Below, in pieces: positions 24,294 to 33,533 of a stretch of 41,933 bases of DNA. The notes under the pieces are model-generated. The model had not been told where the DNA came from, did not search any database, and saw only the letters and a list, made by a program, of their open reading frames with translations. The DNA is from an uncultured bacterium (GTDB lineage Bacteria > Chlamydiota > Chlamydiia > Chlamydiales > JABDDJ01): assembly GCA_964654295.1 (NCBI GenBank), contig CAZZJE010000001.1, positions 1 through 41,933 of the forward strand. The letters run 5' to 3'. Numbering within the stretch: position 1 is the first letter of the stretch; the number at the start of each line of letters is the position of its first letter. The position numbers and the translations under genes were made by a program.

Positions 24294-25034
24294 TCAACTA
24301 TGTAATGAGGCTTTTTTCGAAGCATTCCTAAATGGCATATTATCTTGACTTTCTGAAGAGGAGGGCGAGGGATTGAGGGGTTGAGGGAGTTCACTTTTTT
24401 CTGCAGCCTGAGTTTGTTTCTGCTGCAATGTTTTTCGATACTCTTCAGGATCGATATTATTTTCACGTAGCAATGCATCGTTTTCTGCTTCTACTTCTTT
24501 TTGCAACCCTTCAATTAATAGCTGTGTCTTTTCTAGAAGTGGATGATAAACAGGGTTTCGATTGATTCGTAACAATGTTTGGTATAAGGAGTAGAGAGCA
24601 GAACGATGATTATTTTTTTTGCGATAACACTCGGAGAGATAAAAATAGGGTATGGGGTTATTTAGGTCTAATTGTCCGCAAAGATGATAAGCAAGAATGG
24701 CTTCATCATAGTCTCCTTGCATCTGTTTGCTGGCAGCTAGACCCATGCTGAATCGAGTGTCATTAGGATCGCTCAAGTTCAAGAGTCGGAAGAGAGCACC
24801 GCTATCTTTATATTTACCACTTTTGTATTGCTGATAAGCCATGCTGTAGAGTGATTCAAGAAATTGTTGAGTCAGTCCCATGGCCTCTTTAAGCGAAGCA
24901 TCGTTTTGAATCATCTGCTTGATAATTCCATTCAATTTTGCACGCTCTGATTCATTCAAGCGATGATTTGACTTCTTTTCAGCCTGTTGAATCATCTCAT
25001 TAATGAATGAATCATTTGCATTTTCTTTATCCAT
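24294..25034 (-). CDS. Class II T3SS chaperone, LcrH/SycD family (TPR), copy 2, with a C-terminal extension
   Basis: GKYKDSGALFRLLNLSDPNDTRFSMGLAASKQMQGDYDEAILAYHLCGQLDLNNPIPYFYLSECYRKKNNHRSA aligns by eye with the LcrH/SycD core. Confidence 0.85.
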   Translation of the reverse strand: MDKENANDSFINEMIQQAEKKSNHRLNESERAKLNGIIKQMIQNDASLKEAMGLTQQFLESLYSMAYQQYKSGKYKDSGALFRLLNLSDPNDTRFSMGLAASKQMQGDYDEAILAYHLCGQLDLNNPIPYFYLSECYRKKNNHRSALYSLYQTLLRINRNPVYHPLLEKTQLLIEGLQKEVEAENDALLRENNIDPEEYRKTLQQKQTQAAEKSELPQPLNPSPSSSESQDNMPFRNASKKASLHS

Positions 25035-25100
25035 ATCGACCTCATTGACATCTTCGTCTATCTATTAAGCTTAACCCTATTCATAAGGTCACTCTTCTCC

Positions 25101-25673
25101 TTATTCCGGGGATTCACCATCTAAGGCGACCCCATCTTGGCCTTTTTCATGCAGCTCCTTTTTTAAGCTTGCAATTGACATTTTGACTCGGTCGCGCATC
25201 GTTTGGTATTCAGGTTTGCCTTTTGTTCTTTTAAGAGTCATCTGCAAGGCGACAAGTGCCGAAGCTTTATCATTCATTTGAATAAAACAGTCAGAGGCAT
25301 GATAATGAGGAACAGGATTCTGTGGATCTATGACAGAACAGAGTGTGTATGTTTCAACAGCTGCTCTAAAATTTTTCATCATATGGAAACAGGCAGCTAG
25401 TCCCATCATATATTTAGGTTCTGTAGAATCTAACATGACAAGTAGACGGAATAGATGGCACGCCTCATCATATTTGCCTGTATTATAATATCGGTAAGCT
25501 TGCGCATACATGCCTTCAGCGACTTGGCTGTTCACACCCACAAGGTTTTTGGGTATGACCGATTGATTCATGACTTTACTAATCATGGATCCAGAGCGCT
25601 GGCCCTCCATCTCTTTGATTTTTCCACCTGTCTGTCCTGCAGCTTGTCTTAGACGATGCTTTTCTCCTTTCAT
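25101..25673 (-). CDS. Class II T3SS chaperone, LcrH/SycD family (TPR), copy 1
   Basis: The ATG at 25671-25673 is preceded by GAGGGAGAG. GKYDEACHLFRLLVMLDSTEPKYMMGLAACFHMMKNFRAAVETYTLCSVIDPQNPVPHYHASDCFIQMNDKASA aligns by eye with LcrH/SycD and Scc2/Scc3. The longer ORF-track form (to 25946) overlaps the upstream gene in another frame. Confidence 0.88.
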   Translation of the reverse strand: MKGEKHRLRQAAGQTGGKIKEMEGQRSGSMISKVMNQSVIPKNLVGVNSQVAEGMYAQAYRYYNTGKYDEACHLFRLLVMLDSTEPKYMMGLAACFHMMKNFRAAVETYTLCSVIDPQNPVPHYHASDCFIQMNDKASALVALQMTLKRTKGKPEYQTMRDRVKMSIASLKKELHEKGQDGVALDGESPE

Positions 25674-25704
25674 GGCTATGCTCTCCCTCGTTTTAATCGC
25701 TCGT

Positions 25705-26274
25705 TTACTTATAGATAGCTGATAAAATTGTGCTAAACTGCTGTAAAATAGCTGTCGCGGTATTGGATTGCTGCTCAACAGCATCATTGTTATTGTTGAC
25801 ATCTGATTGCAGGGCACGGGAATCGTTTTCAACCAGCGTACGTCTGTTACGCAATTGTTCTGTATATGTGGAAGCCACACGGTTCGCATCGTCGCGATAG
25901 GGGTTACCGCCGCTCTCTTCATCGTTATCTGGAAAAGCTTCTCCACCTGCTGTAAAAACAGGAACTTGAGTTTCCAAGTCGGTGTAGGCCTTTTGCCAGG
26001 AACCCAAAAAGTTTAAACGTTCCGCCTGAGTTGCAGTCATCCGCTGCATCGATTGAATCAATGCCACAATTTTTTGGAAAATACGGTCTAGTATCAAAAC
26101 TGATCCGAAATGGGCTTGTTGCAAACTTGATCTTCCGACAGTAAGAGGATCTCCGCTCTCATCCAATAAAAAGCGATATCGATTATCTTCATTAATCCCG
26201 TCATTGTTCTGTTCATCGAACTCTGTGTTGCCCCATAGGTCATTGTTTGTCTCATAAACACCGAAGCCATCCAT
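25705..26274 (-). CDS. Small acidic helical protein upstream of the translocator chaperones; candidate tip/hydrophilic translocator-associated protein
   Basis: 189 aa with ATG start, an acidic N-terminus and an amphipathic C-terminal helix (AVEQQSNTATAILQQFSTILSAIYK). Its position is analogous to lcrG/lcrV upstream of lcrH. Confidence 0.4.
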   Translation of the reverse strand: MDGFGVYETNNDLWGNTEFDEQNNDGINEDNRYRFLLDESGDPLTVGRSSLQQAHFGSVLILDRIFQKIVALIQSMQRMTATQAERLNFLGSWQKAYTDLETQVPVFTAGGEAFPDNDEESGGNPYRDDANRVASTYTEQLRNRRTLVENDSRALQSDVNNNNDAVEQQSNTATAILQQFSTILSAIYK

Positions 26275-26340
26275 AGAGGCCTCCTTATTAAATTTTTTGT
26301 TTCTAATTTTTTATGCTCTACAAAACGAGTTCTAACTTCT

Positions 26341-27093
26341 TTAACGAGCAACGTTCTGCGCCATATGAGTAATAATCTCATTAATTTTTTGTAAAATTGC
26401 TCCTGCTGATTTGTAATACTCTTCAAAGACAAACAAATAGCGATTAACTGCCTCTTTTTGAGAGTCGTTATAAGATTGAGCTGCGTTCATCGCGAATGTG
26501 ATATTTTTCTGAAGCGCACCGGCAGTCGAAGAATCTTCACTCGCGTATTTATCGTAGTTATCCAAAATCCATGCCTCTACATCTCCCTCGCTGGCAGGCA
26601 ATTCATTTTTCACAGTCAGCAGGCGTTGATAGAGAGAGTTTGGATTTTGACGATCTGCTTCTGGAGTTGATTCTTCCAGATAGGCAAGCAGATCATCTAA
26701 TTGAGGGGTAATCTGTTCAATTGTCTCCCAAGCTTGTCCTATGTCCCCAGTGACTTCAGGAGTCAATGGTGTTCCAAAATAGTCGCTAGCTGCCTCATTG
26801 AATTCATCCAGGGCATCTTCGTCATCGCCGCCGGCATCAAATTCAAAAGGACCTTGCCTGCTTGTTACTGTCAGTTGGTTTTTAACAACTTGTAGCTGCT
26901 GTAAGATGTCAATAGATTGCTTAGAGGCGTCTAACGCGCGATCTAAGTTCACCATATTGCTAACCATAATTTCGTTGCCAGCGTCGATATAGATCAATTC
27001 AATCATTGCCTGCAACGAGTGATCATCTACATTGATTCCATCTATTACAATACCAGACTGTATATAACTGGCTCCATTCAGGTTGTAACCCAT
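26341..27093 (-). CDS. Candidate needle-tip/hydrophilic translocator (SctA-like) protein, first gene of the translocator operon
   Basis: ATG preceded by TAGGAGGAA. 250 aa, acidic and helical. The C-terminal helix QKEAVNRYLFVFEEYYKSAGAILQKINEIITHMAQNVAR is reminiscent of tip-protein C-terminal helices. A ~390-bp AT-rich region lies upstream. Confidence 0.4.
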   Translation of the reverse strand: MGYNLNGASYIQSGIVIDGINVDDHSLQAMIELIYIDAGNEIMVSNMVNLDRALDASKQSIDILQQLQVVKNQLTVTSRQGPFEFDAGGDDEDALDEFNEAASDYFGTPLTPEVTGDIGQAWETIEQITPQLDDLLAYLEESTPEADRQNPNSLYQRLLTVKNELPASEGDVEAWILDNYDKYASEDSSTAGALQKNITFAMNAAQSYNDSQKEAVNRYLFVFEEYYKSAGAILQKINEIITHMAQNVAR

Positions 27094-27396
27094 AAATTCC
27101 TCCTAACGAAGTCATTCTTGCTCAGTGAACCGACCATGAAAATTCTGCGTTTAACTGAGAAGAAATCACGCTCTTCATAATCTCTCTAATTATTATTTTA
27201 TTAAAAAAATAATTTATACACAAACAAGAGAAGAGTTTTTATGGATAAAATTAGTGCGTTTTTGGTTTGTTTTGGATATTAAGAGAGCTTTTAAATAATT
27301 GTGTTAATTTATTATAAAGAAGTTTGCTGATAATAAATTTGTGAGTGACAATAAGTGGTAAATTTTTGCAGATTGAGAGTAGGCCTCGATTAAAAT

Positions 27397-27481
27397 AACG
27401 CGAGTTTTGAATAGACGAAATGTTGAAAAGCCGACGAGCTTGCGAGAAGGCTTTTCATTTTGCTTATCCAAAACTCGCGTT
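27397..27481 (-). terminator. Nested hairpins immediately after the GNAT gene stop; candidate terminator/insulator before the T3SS translocator operon
   Basis: The outer 13-bp perfect inverted repeat is AACGCGAGTTTTG (27397-27409) with CAAAACTCGCGTT (27469-27481). The inner stem is GAAAAGCC (27425-27432) with GGCTTTTC (27449-27456). There is no long U-tract. Confidence 0.4.
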
Positions 27482-27483
27482 AG

Positions 27484-28422
27484 TTATTCGTTTAACTGTT
27501 TCCAAACTTTATAGCGATAGCGCACCTTTTTCGCATGAGAAAACACTTTTCTCTTTAAGAAGTTGACCCAGCTGTCGGGAACTTGATCTAAGATAACTTC
27601 ACAGAATGCATGAGGATAAATCTCTCTCAATGGATCATGCGCTCGCAGCGTTGCGATAAGAAGTTGAACTCCAGGGCCACGGTATTGATAAGCTGGATCA
27701 ACGTAGAGTGTTGAATAGCGCAATGTTTTCGGGTCAATAGAGTGAGTGATGCTCCAGCCGATGAGTTTGCCTTTATGGCGCAGGCCAATGCTTGTCTCTT
27801 GATGAATAGGAAGCGGACCACGAAAAGGGGAAATAGAACGTGAAATGATCCGATGATGGAGATTAAATTGAATCTGATACTCCTCCTCATCAGTTAAATC
27901 TTTCCACAAAAAAAAATCCCACTCACCTTTAGGGAGAGGTTTCGTATGGTACATCCAGTCTGGACGGAATGAAGGGACATCAAAAAATAGATCGAGAATA
28001 AGAGGTTTATGCATTCTCTTCCATCCCAGCTTTTCAAAAAGCTTGACTGCTGCTTCGCTCCACTCCTCTTTCTCAGGATAGAGTGCTTGAAAGATTAAGA
28101 TATTGTATGTGTCCCTTAACACTTCTTCCGCATACGCTAACAATCGAGCGGCAATTCCACGATTTCGCACTTCTGGAAAAGTGTAGAGAAACTCTAACTC
28201 TGCAAGGCGGAAGACAGAAACAATTTTGACTAAGGCGACAGAGAGCGGTTTAAATCCTTCAAAGGCAACAAAAGCCTTTAATTCAGCAGAGTTTCTCTGG
28301 AGGGCGAGCGATTGGAAGAGATATTCTAACGAAGGGAGAAATTCTTCAGGAATTTGGCTAAGATAAAAAGCTCTCTCTTCTTCTGTTAAACTGGAAAGAG
28401 AGAGCTCTTGAATGCGTTCCAT
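27484..28422 (-). CDS. GNAT-family N-acetyltransferase with two tandem GNAT-like halves
   Basis: There are two acetyl-CoA motif A-like sites: RNRGIAARLLAYAEEVL and YQYRGPGVQLLIATLRA. Confidence 0.65.
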   Translation of the reverse strand: MERIQELSLSSLTEEERAFYLSQIPEEFLPSLEYLFQSLALQRNSAELKAFVAFEGFKPLSVALVKIVSVFRLAELEFLYTFPEVRNRGIAARLLAYAEEVLRDTYNILIFQALYPEKEEWSEAAVKLFEKLGWKRMHKPLILDLFFDVPSFRPDWMYHTKPLPKGEWDFFLWKDLTDEEEYQIQFNLHHRIISRSISPFRGPLPIHQETSIGLRHKGKLIGWSITHSIDPKTLRYSTLYVDPAYQYRGPGVQLLIATLRAHDPLREIYPHAFCEVILDQVPDSWVNFLKRKVFSHAKKVRYRYKVWKQLNE

Positions 28423-28430
28423 CAGAAACT

Positions 28431-29675
28431 TTAAGCAATCTTTTCGGCGCGACGCTTAATGATGGGTTCGCTTTTCTTTGCAACCACCTCATCAGTGATG
28501 ACGACCTCTTCGATTGTGTCATCAGAAGGAGTCTCAAACATTAAGTCGCGCATGAGACCTTCAATGATCATTCTTAAAGCTCTAGCACCCGTTCCAGCTT
28601 CGATTGCCTTTTGAGCGATCGCTCTTAAAGCTTCATCAGTAAAGCTTAACTTGACACCCTCCATCTCAAACATCGAAGTGTATTGTTTTACAATGGCATT
28701 TTTGGGACGAGTTAAAATGCTAACTAGATCTTCATGCGTCAGCTCATTGCAATTGGCAATGCTGTTAAAACGGCCAACAAATTCAGGGATCATTCCAAAT
28801 TGGATAAGATCTTCTGTCCCTACTTGAGATAACAAACGACTCTTTTCCTTAGGATCGATCACTTCACGCTCTCCCGTCCTAAAACCAATTGTCCCTTTCC
28901 CTAAGCGTTTTGCAATAATGCGCTCTAAATTGACAAAGGCACCGCCAACAATAAATAGAATATTTTCAGTGTTGACCTTGATATAATCTTGGTTTGGATG
29001 CTTACGTCCCCCTTTAGGCGGCACATTAGCAATTGTTCCTTCGACAATTTTTAGGAGAGCCTGCTGAACGCCTTCTCCAGAAACATCGCGCGTGATAGAG
29101 ACATTGGCTGTAGTCCGGTTAATCTTATCGATCTCATCAATATAGATAATTCCAAGCTCTGCCTTAGCAACATCATAATCAGCTGCTTGAAGCAGGCGAA
29201 GGATGATGTTTTCGACATCCTCTCCCACATACCCTGCCTCTGTCAATGTTGTTGCATCCGCAATTGCAAACGGGACATCTAAAATATGGGCTAATGTTTT
29301 GGCAATTAACGTCTTTCCAGACCCTGTAGGTCCTAGAAGCAGCACATTTGATTTGCTGAATTCAACATCAGCAGTCTGAGACTGCAAAGCTCTGACACGC
29401 TTATAGTGATTATAAACGGCTACTGCAATGGTACGCTTAGCAGTTTCTTGTCCAATGATATATTCATCGAGATGTTCTTTAATCTCGCGAGGTTTTAACA
29501 CTTTAAATTCGAAAGGAGTCGGAGGTGCCTTTTTTTCTAAAATGCCAGAACAGAGCGATACACACTTATCGCATATATAGACGTTTGGTCCCGAAATGAG
29601 CTTTTCCACTGCTTCTTCGGTGCGACCACAGAATGAACAGGCCGGAGGCTCTTTTGCCATTGTTTTCTTTGCCAT
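28431..29675 (-). CDS. clpX: ATP-dependent Clp protease ATP-binding subunit ClpX
   Basis: Contains the zinc-finger motif CSFCG...CDKC, Walker A ([13 protein letters not shown]), Walker B ([10 protein letters not shown]) and GARALR. Confidence 0.97.
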   Translation of the reverse strand: MAKKTMAKEPPACSFCGRTEEAVEKLISGPNVYICDKCVSLCSGILEKKAPPTPFEFKVLKPREIKEHLDEYIIGQETAKRTIAVAVYNHYKRVRALQSQTADVEFSKSNVLLLGPTGSGKTLIAKTLAHILDVPFAIADATTLTEAGYVGEDVENIILRLLQAADYDVAKAELGIIYIDEIDKINRTTANVSITRDVSGEGVQQALLKIVEGTIANVPPKGGRKHPNQDYIKVNTENILFIVGGAFVNLERIIAKRLGKGTIGFRTGEREVIDPKEKSRLLSQVGTEDLIQFGMIPEFVGRFNSIANCNELTHEDLVSILTRPKNAIVKQYTSMFEMEGVKLSFTDEALRAIAQKAIEAGTGARALRMIIEGLMRDLMFETPSDDTIEEVVITDEVVAKKSEPIIKRRAEKIA

Positions 29676-29696
29676 CTGAAAGTTGAAAAACTGCCT

Positions 29697-30332
29697 TTAA
29701 ACAGGCTTTTTGGGTTGCGATTGAACGACTTCATCTACTAAGCCGAGAGTGCCATAATTTTTAGCCTCTTCTGGACTCATGTAGTAGTCGCGTTCTAGGT
29801 CATTACGGACCTTCTCAGGATCAGCACCTGTACATTCGGACAGGATGTCAATCATGCGTTGCTTCATATAAAGGATCTCTTTCGCCTGCAGAGCGACATC
29901 TGCAGATGTTCCGCCAACGCCTCCTGAGGGTTGGTGGATCATAATTCTGCTGTTTGGCAGTGCGTAGCGTTTGCCTTTTGTTCCGGCTGCTAGCAGCATC
30001 GCCGCCATCGAAGAGGCTTGGCCAATACAATAGGTGTTGACGTCGCATCCGACCCAGCGAATTGTATCATAAATTGCTAATCCAGACGTAATATAGCCGC
30101 CAAAAGAGTTAATATAAAGATGAATGTCCTTACGAGGATCTTCCATCCTTAAAAAGAGCAGCTGCGCAACGACAACGTTCGCAATCTGATCTGTAATATC
30201 TGTTCCGATGAAAATAATTCGGTCTTTGAGCAGTCGCGAATAAATGTCCATCGAACGCTCTCCACGTCCGGTATCTTCGATGACGTAAGGTGTCAAAGAG
30301 AGCTGAGGGCGCCGTTGATTATGTTCAGGCAT
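29697..30332 (-). CDS. clpP: ATP-dependent Clp protease proteolytic subunit ClpP
   Basis: Contains [13 protein letters not shown], the catalytic-context motifs GQASSMAA and IMIHQP, and [14 protein letters not shown]. Confidence 0.96.
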   Translation of the reverse strand: MPEHNQRRPQLSLTPYVIEDTGRGERSMDIYSRLLKDRIIFIGTDITDQIANVVVAQLLFLRMEDPRKDIHLYINSFGGYITSGLAIYDTIRWVGCDVNTYCIGQASSMAAMLLAAGTKGKRYALPNSRIMIHQPSGGVGGTSADVALQAKEILYMKQRMIDILSECTGADPEKVRNDLERDYYMSPEEAKNYGTLGLVDEVVQSQPKKPV

Positions 30333-30431
30333 CGCGGTTCCTTACTTGAATGTGTAGAGGTGAAAGTACTTAGCCATTTGGTCAATAAAAGAGCCTCTGC
30401 TACTTGTTATAGTCAGAAGCTCTTCGGCTGG

Positions 30432-31865
30432 TCAAGAGGTTTTCTCTGCTTTGACCTCTTCTCCTTCGTTAAAAGAAGATTTTTCTTCAGCATTCTTCCA
30501 ACGTACTTGACTTAGAATATAATCGACAGCGGCTTTACGCTCCAGCTTATGTTCAATATTTCTCAAATGGGCCTGGGTCTGGTCGCGCTGTTCTTGAGAA
30601 GATAATCCATCATCCGAATCTAATGGCTCTTCTCCACGTTGAATCCGCTGAAAGCTTTCACGGATATAAGCTAGGTTGACCTCTGCCGGATCAATTTGGA
30701 TCTCTTGACCTTTAATCACTTTCTGCATCAGAAAATGCATGCGCACTTGACGCAACGCATATTCTCTCAGCTCTTTTTGTAGCTCCGCTTCTTGCTTTTT
30801 AAACTCCTCTTCCGACAAGTTTTGGTCCTTTAAGTTGTGAAGCGCGTCAGGCAGAGATTCTTCAACGATTCCCTCTGTGAGGCTGCGAGGAACTTCGAAA
30901 GGATAAGCGTCTAATAGGCGATCGCGCAGCTGATAGGTGTGGGCATCATAAATTTGGGTGGCTAAAGAGCGTTCGAGCTGCTCTCTTGCTCTCTCTCTAA
31001 GCTGAGCGACATTGTCAGCTCCCCATGTTTTTGCCCGCTCATCATCAATTTCCGGTACAGTGCCGCGTGCAATCAATTTGACTGTCACACGAACTGGTGT
31101 CGCTTCTGACTCTTTTTCGCTCTTCTGCCCTTTTAAAAGCTCTTCTAGCTTCAAGGTTCCCTCTGCAGTGTCACCAACTTTTAAGCCCTTTAAGTGTTCA
31201 AATACCCAAGGGGTGACGCCATTGGGCTCCATGAGATAGGTGCGGTGCTCATCGATGAGTTCAGGAGCATCCGGTTTTTCCATGTTCTCAATTGTAACGA
31301 TGACCACATCGCCCTCTTGGACTTGTCCCTCACTCTCCACTCTCTCCAAATCTGCCGTTTCAATCCGCAGCTGGGTTAAAAAGTGGTCAACCATCTCTTC
31401 TGAGATAGAAGGGGGTTGTAGGCGAGTAAGCTCGATTTCCTCAAAGTTAAACTCGGGGATCTCTGGCTCGCACTCATAAGCAAAGAGCATTTCGGCGCCC
31501 TTCTCTTTAGAAAGGTTTCTAATCTCTGCTTTTGAAATGGAGTTGCGAGAAAAGGGAAAGAGTTGAACTAAGAGTACAGCTTGATTGAAGGCTGTATTAA
31601 GAAGAAGCTCCTTCCACTCTTTTTCAATCGGCCCACGAAAACGGTCGTGGACGAGGGAATCAGGGGCTTTTCCACGACGAAATCCAGGGATTGAAACTTC
31701 ACGTTTAATCTCTTTGACAGCATCTTGGTAACATTTTTCTGTTAGAGCGGGGGACGCTTGAACTTTTAAGTGCACTTGACAGCCGTCAGCCTGGGATAGT
31801 TGGACCTGTACGTTGTCATTTTGGAATTCTTGAGTTGTCTGAGACAAAGGAGACCTCAAATTCAA
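30432..31865 (-). CDS. tig: Trigger factor
   Basis: It has the ribosome-binding signature IPGFRRGKAP near the N-terminus and sits in the tig-clpP-clpX order. There is no ATG at the 5' end. The start is TTG at 31865, or more likely the TTG at 31845-31847, which is preceded by GAGG. Confidence 0.88.
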   Translation of the reverse strand: MNLRSPLSQTTQEFQNDNVQVQLSQADGCQVHLKVQASPALTEKCYQDAVKEIKREVSIPGFRRGKAPDSLVHDRFRGPIEKEWKELLLNTAFNQAVLLVQLFPFSRNSISKAEIRNLSKEKGAEMLFAYECEPEIPEFNFEEIELTRLQPPSISEEMVDHFLTQLRIETADLERVESEGQVQEGDVVIVTIENMEKPDAPELIDEHRTYLMEPNGVTPWVFEHLKGLKVGDTAEGTLKLEELLKGQKSEKESEATPVRVTVKLIARGTVPEIDDERAKTWGADNVAQLRERAREQLERSLATQIYDAHTYQLRDRLLDAYPFEVPRSLTEGIVEESLPDALHNLKDQNLSEEEFKKQEAELQKELREYALRQVRMHFLMQKVIKGQEIQIDPAEVNLAYIRESFQRIQRGEEPLDSDDGLSSQEQRDQTQAHLRNIEHKLERKAAVDYILSQVRWKNAEEKSSFNEGEEVKAEKTS

Positions 31866-32078
31866 AGGGTTTTCATAAACGATTTGTTGATGGAAGAACA
31901 GAGAGCTTTGATGTAAAAAAAGCTTCTATTGAGAAAAGATCCAGTTAAAGTCGAGGCGAGAGTCATGCGCTTGCCGCCGGAATAAGATAGATAAATCTAT
32001 CCTCTGTTTGATGCCTAACGCTTAACTTAGCACGCTGGATGATAAATAAGCAAGAGGCGCTGAATTTTTGAATTAAAT

Positions 32079-32150
32079 AGCGGGTGATGAGATTCGAACC
32101 CACGACCCTCACGTTGGCAACGTGATGCTCTACCGCTGAGCTACACCCGC
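32079..32150 (-). tRNA. tRNA-Gly (anticodon GCC)
   Basis: Folded by hand as GCGGGTG TA GCTC AGCGGTA GAGC A TCACG TTGCCAA CGTGA GGGTC GTGGG TTCGAAT CTCAT CACCCGC T. CCA is not encoded. Confidence 0.92.
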
Positions 32151-32483
32151 ATAGATAAGGACTCTATTTTTAACAGGCAAGTTAACACTTGCGCTTGCTA
32201 TGGGCAAAACTATAGCGACTACTCCCATTTTTCAGCAAGAGCTCTCTTTAGTTTCCTGGGAAATTTTCTTAAGGGACTGGATCATAGCCGCCTGGATGCC
32301 AGGGGTGGCACTTGCACAGGCGTTTGACGATCAACCAAAGGGCCTAAAATATAGAGTGTTTAGACAAAGATTCGATTGCATAATCGGAGAAATAGGGGTA
32401 GAAGCGGCAACTAGGGGGGATTAAAGGGCGAATAGTCCATTGATAGAGGCGGATGAGGAGGTAAAAAGGGAGTTTAATCCATC

Positions 32484-33350
32484 TCACCTTAATACCTGAA
32501 AGACATCTCTTAAAAGAGTCAAAACGACTTCAATGATAATCAGCCAAATAATTGTCCACTCAAGTCGGCTTGAGTGCTGATGGTTTAGCTCGTTACCTAG
32601 AACTTCAAATAGCTCGTGAACGATCACTAAACGCTGGTTCAACACCTCTAGTCGCTTACCAAGCTCTTCGTCAGCAGCTACTTGGACGTAGAGTGGCTCG
32701 AGCTCAGGATACTCCCAAAAAAAATCGGGAGAGTCCAGCACATCCAAATGTAAATTAATGGAGCTTCTTTCGAGAAAAAGGTCTCCCATCTTTCGACGGA
32801 TTGCGCGTCGGGAAAGGGAAATTTTGCCTTCACGAGCAAGCTCTTCGGGAATATGCTTTGTTAAATTGTAGCTCTTGTGGATCGCAACTTCAAAGCTGCT
32901 CAGCTTGACTGATTGTGCAATCCCATAGGAGACAGCAAGCTTTGTGATCACTGCATTGTCAGGCAGTGTGATATCATTATTCTTAACCTTGGGGACATCT
33001 CCATAGGTATAGGTAAAGATGTCCTTTTCAACCTCTTCTAGTGGCTGCTCTTCAAAAGGTTTGAGCTCGGAGCAGAACTTACGCGCCTCTTCCAAAGAAG
33101 CTCCCCAGCAGACAAAGGCTCCATAGGGGAAGCAGAAGATGTCAACAATTTGATTTTGAAGGGGATAGCTGACGTGTAACACGTCGCGGTAAAAGGTAAC
33201 CTGATAGTGATGTCGTAAAGCTTCGCCTAATGGGCGAATGCGGTACGACGAGGCAGTACAAAATGCGCTACAATCCATAAAAAAATAGAAGTGTTTTGTT
33301 AAAACACTTAGGTGTGTTGATACAGCTTGAATAGGGCTGTTAGAGGACAA
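32484..33350 (-). CDS. DUF155 / RMD1-YagE family protein
   Basis: FCFPYGAFVCWGA..., KLAVSYGIAQSVKLSSFE and a C-terminal TM segment (LEWTIIWLIIIEVVLTL) fit my recollection of DUF155. The start is uncertain: the TTG at 33350 lies only 8 nt from tRNA-Leu, and an alternative ATG lies at 33276-33278. Confidence 0.6.
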   Translation of the reverse strand: MSSNSPIQAVSTHLSVLTKHFYFFMDCSAFCTASSYRIRPLGEALRHHYQVTFYRDVLHVSYPLQNQIVDIFCFPYGAFVCWGASLEEARKFCSELKPFEEQPLEEVEKDIFTYTYGDVPKVKNNDITLPDNAVITKLAVSYGIAQSVKLSSFEVAIHKSYNLTKHIPEELAREGKISLSRRAIRRKMGDLFLERSSINLHLDVLDSPDFFWEYPELEPLYVQVAADEELGKRLEVLNQRLVIVHELFEVLGNELNHQHSSRLEWTIIWLIIIEVVLTLLRDVFQVLR

Positions 33351-33357
33351 TATAAGA

Positions 33358-33441
33358 TGCGAAAGAGGGGATTTGAACCCCTACGAGATTTCTCTCACTA
33401 CCACCTCAAAGTAGCGCGTATACCAATTCCGCCACTTTCGC
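33358..33441 (-). tRNA. tRNA-Leu (anticodon GAG), long variable arm
   Basis: Folded by hand. The acceptor is GCGAAAG/CTTTCGC with discriminator A. The anticodon arm is CTACT-TTGAGGT-GGTAG. The variable arm is TGAGAGAAATCTCGT and the T arm is AGGGG-TTCAAAT-CCCCT. Confidence 0.9.
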
Positions 33442-33533
33442 ATATTGGGAAGTCTTTATGTGTGAAAGTTTAGCCTGAAGGGGGAAATTCTCGCAAGGGG
33501 AAATCGCCTCTCTTTCCCTTGGTCGTTTTGATT

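Noticed and set aside
25674-25946. The long (281-aa) form of the first LcrH-like chaperone, and the extended starts of the 541-aa gene (20598), sctF (13641), sctP (9942) and pkn5 (6967).
   Set aside because: The extensions overlap upstream genes or lack an SD. In most cases (the chaperone, the 541-aa gene, sctF and sctP) an internal ATG with a strong SD gives products of family-typical length; for pkn5 the internal ATG is preferred simply over the TTG.
24275-26432. ORFs 24275..24478 (-), 25203..25400 (+), 25455..25652 (+), 25807..26016 (+) and 26094..26432 (-).
   Set aside because: All overlap better-supported chaperone or tip-candidate genes in other frames or on the other strand, and show no independent signals.
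32200-32424. 74-aa ATG-initiated ORF in the gap between tRNA-Gly and the DUF155 gene. I also scanned 32151-32483 for an SRP, RNase P, tmRNA or 6S-like RNA.
   Set aside because: The ORF has no SD and no recognisable motif. I could not find the conserved SRP (GGAAGCAGCC-like), RNase P (GAGGAAAGTCC) or tmRNA tag signatures. It remains unassigned.
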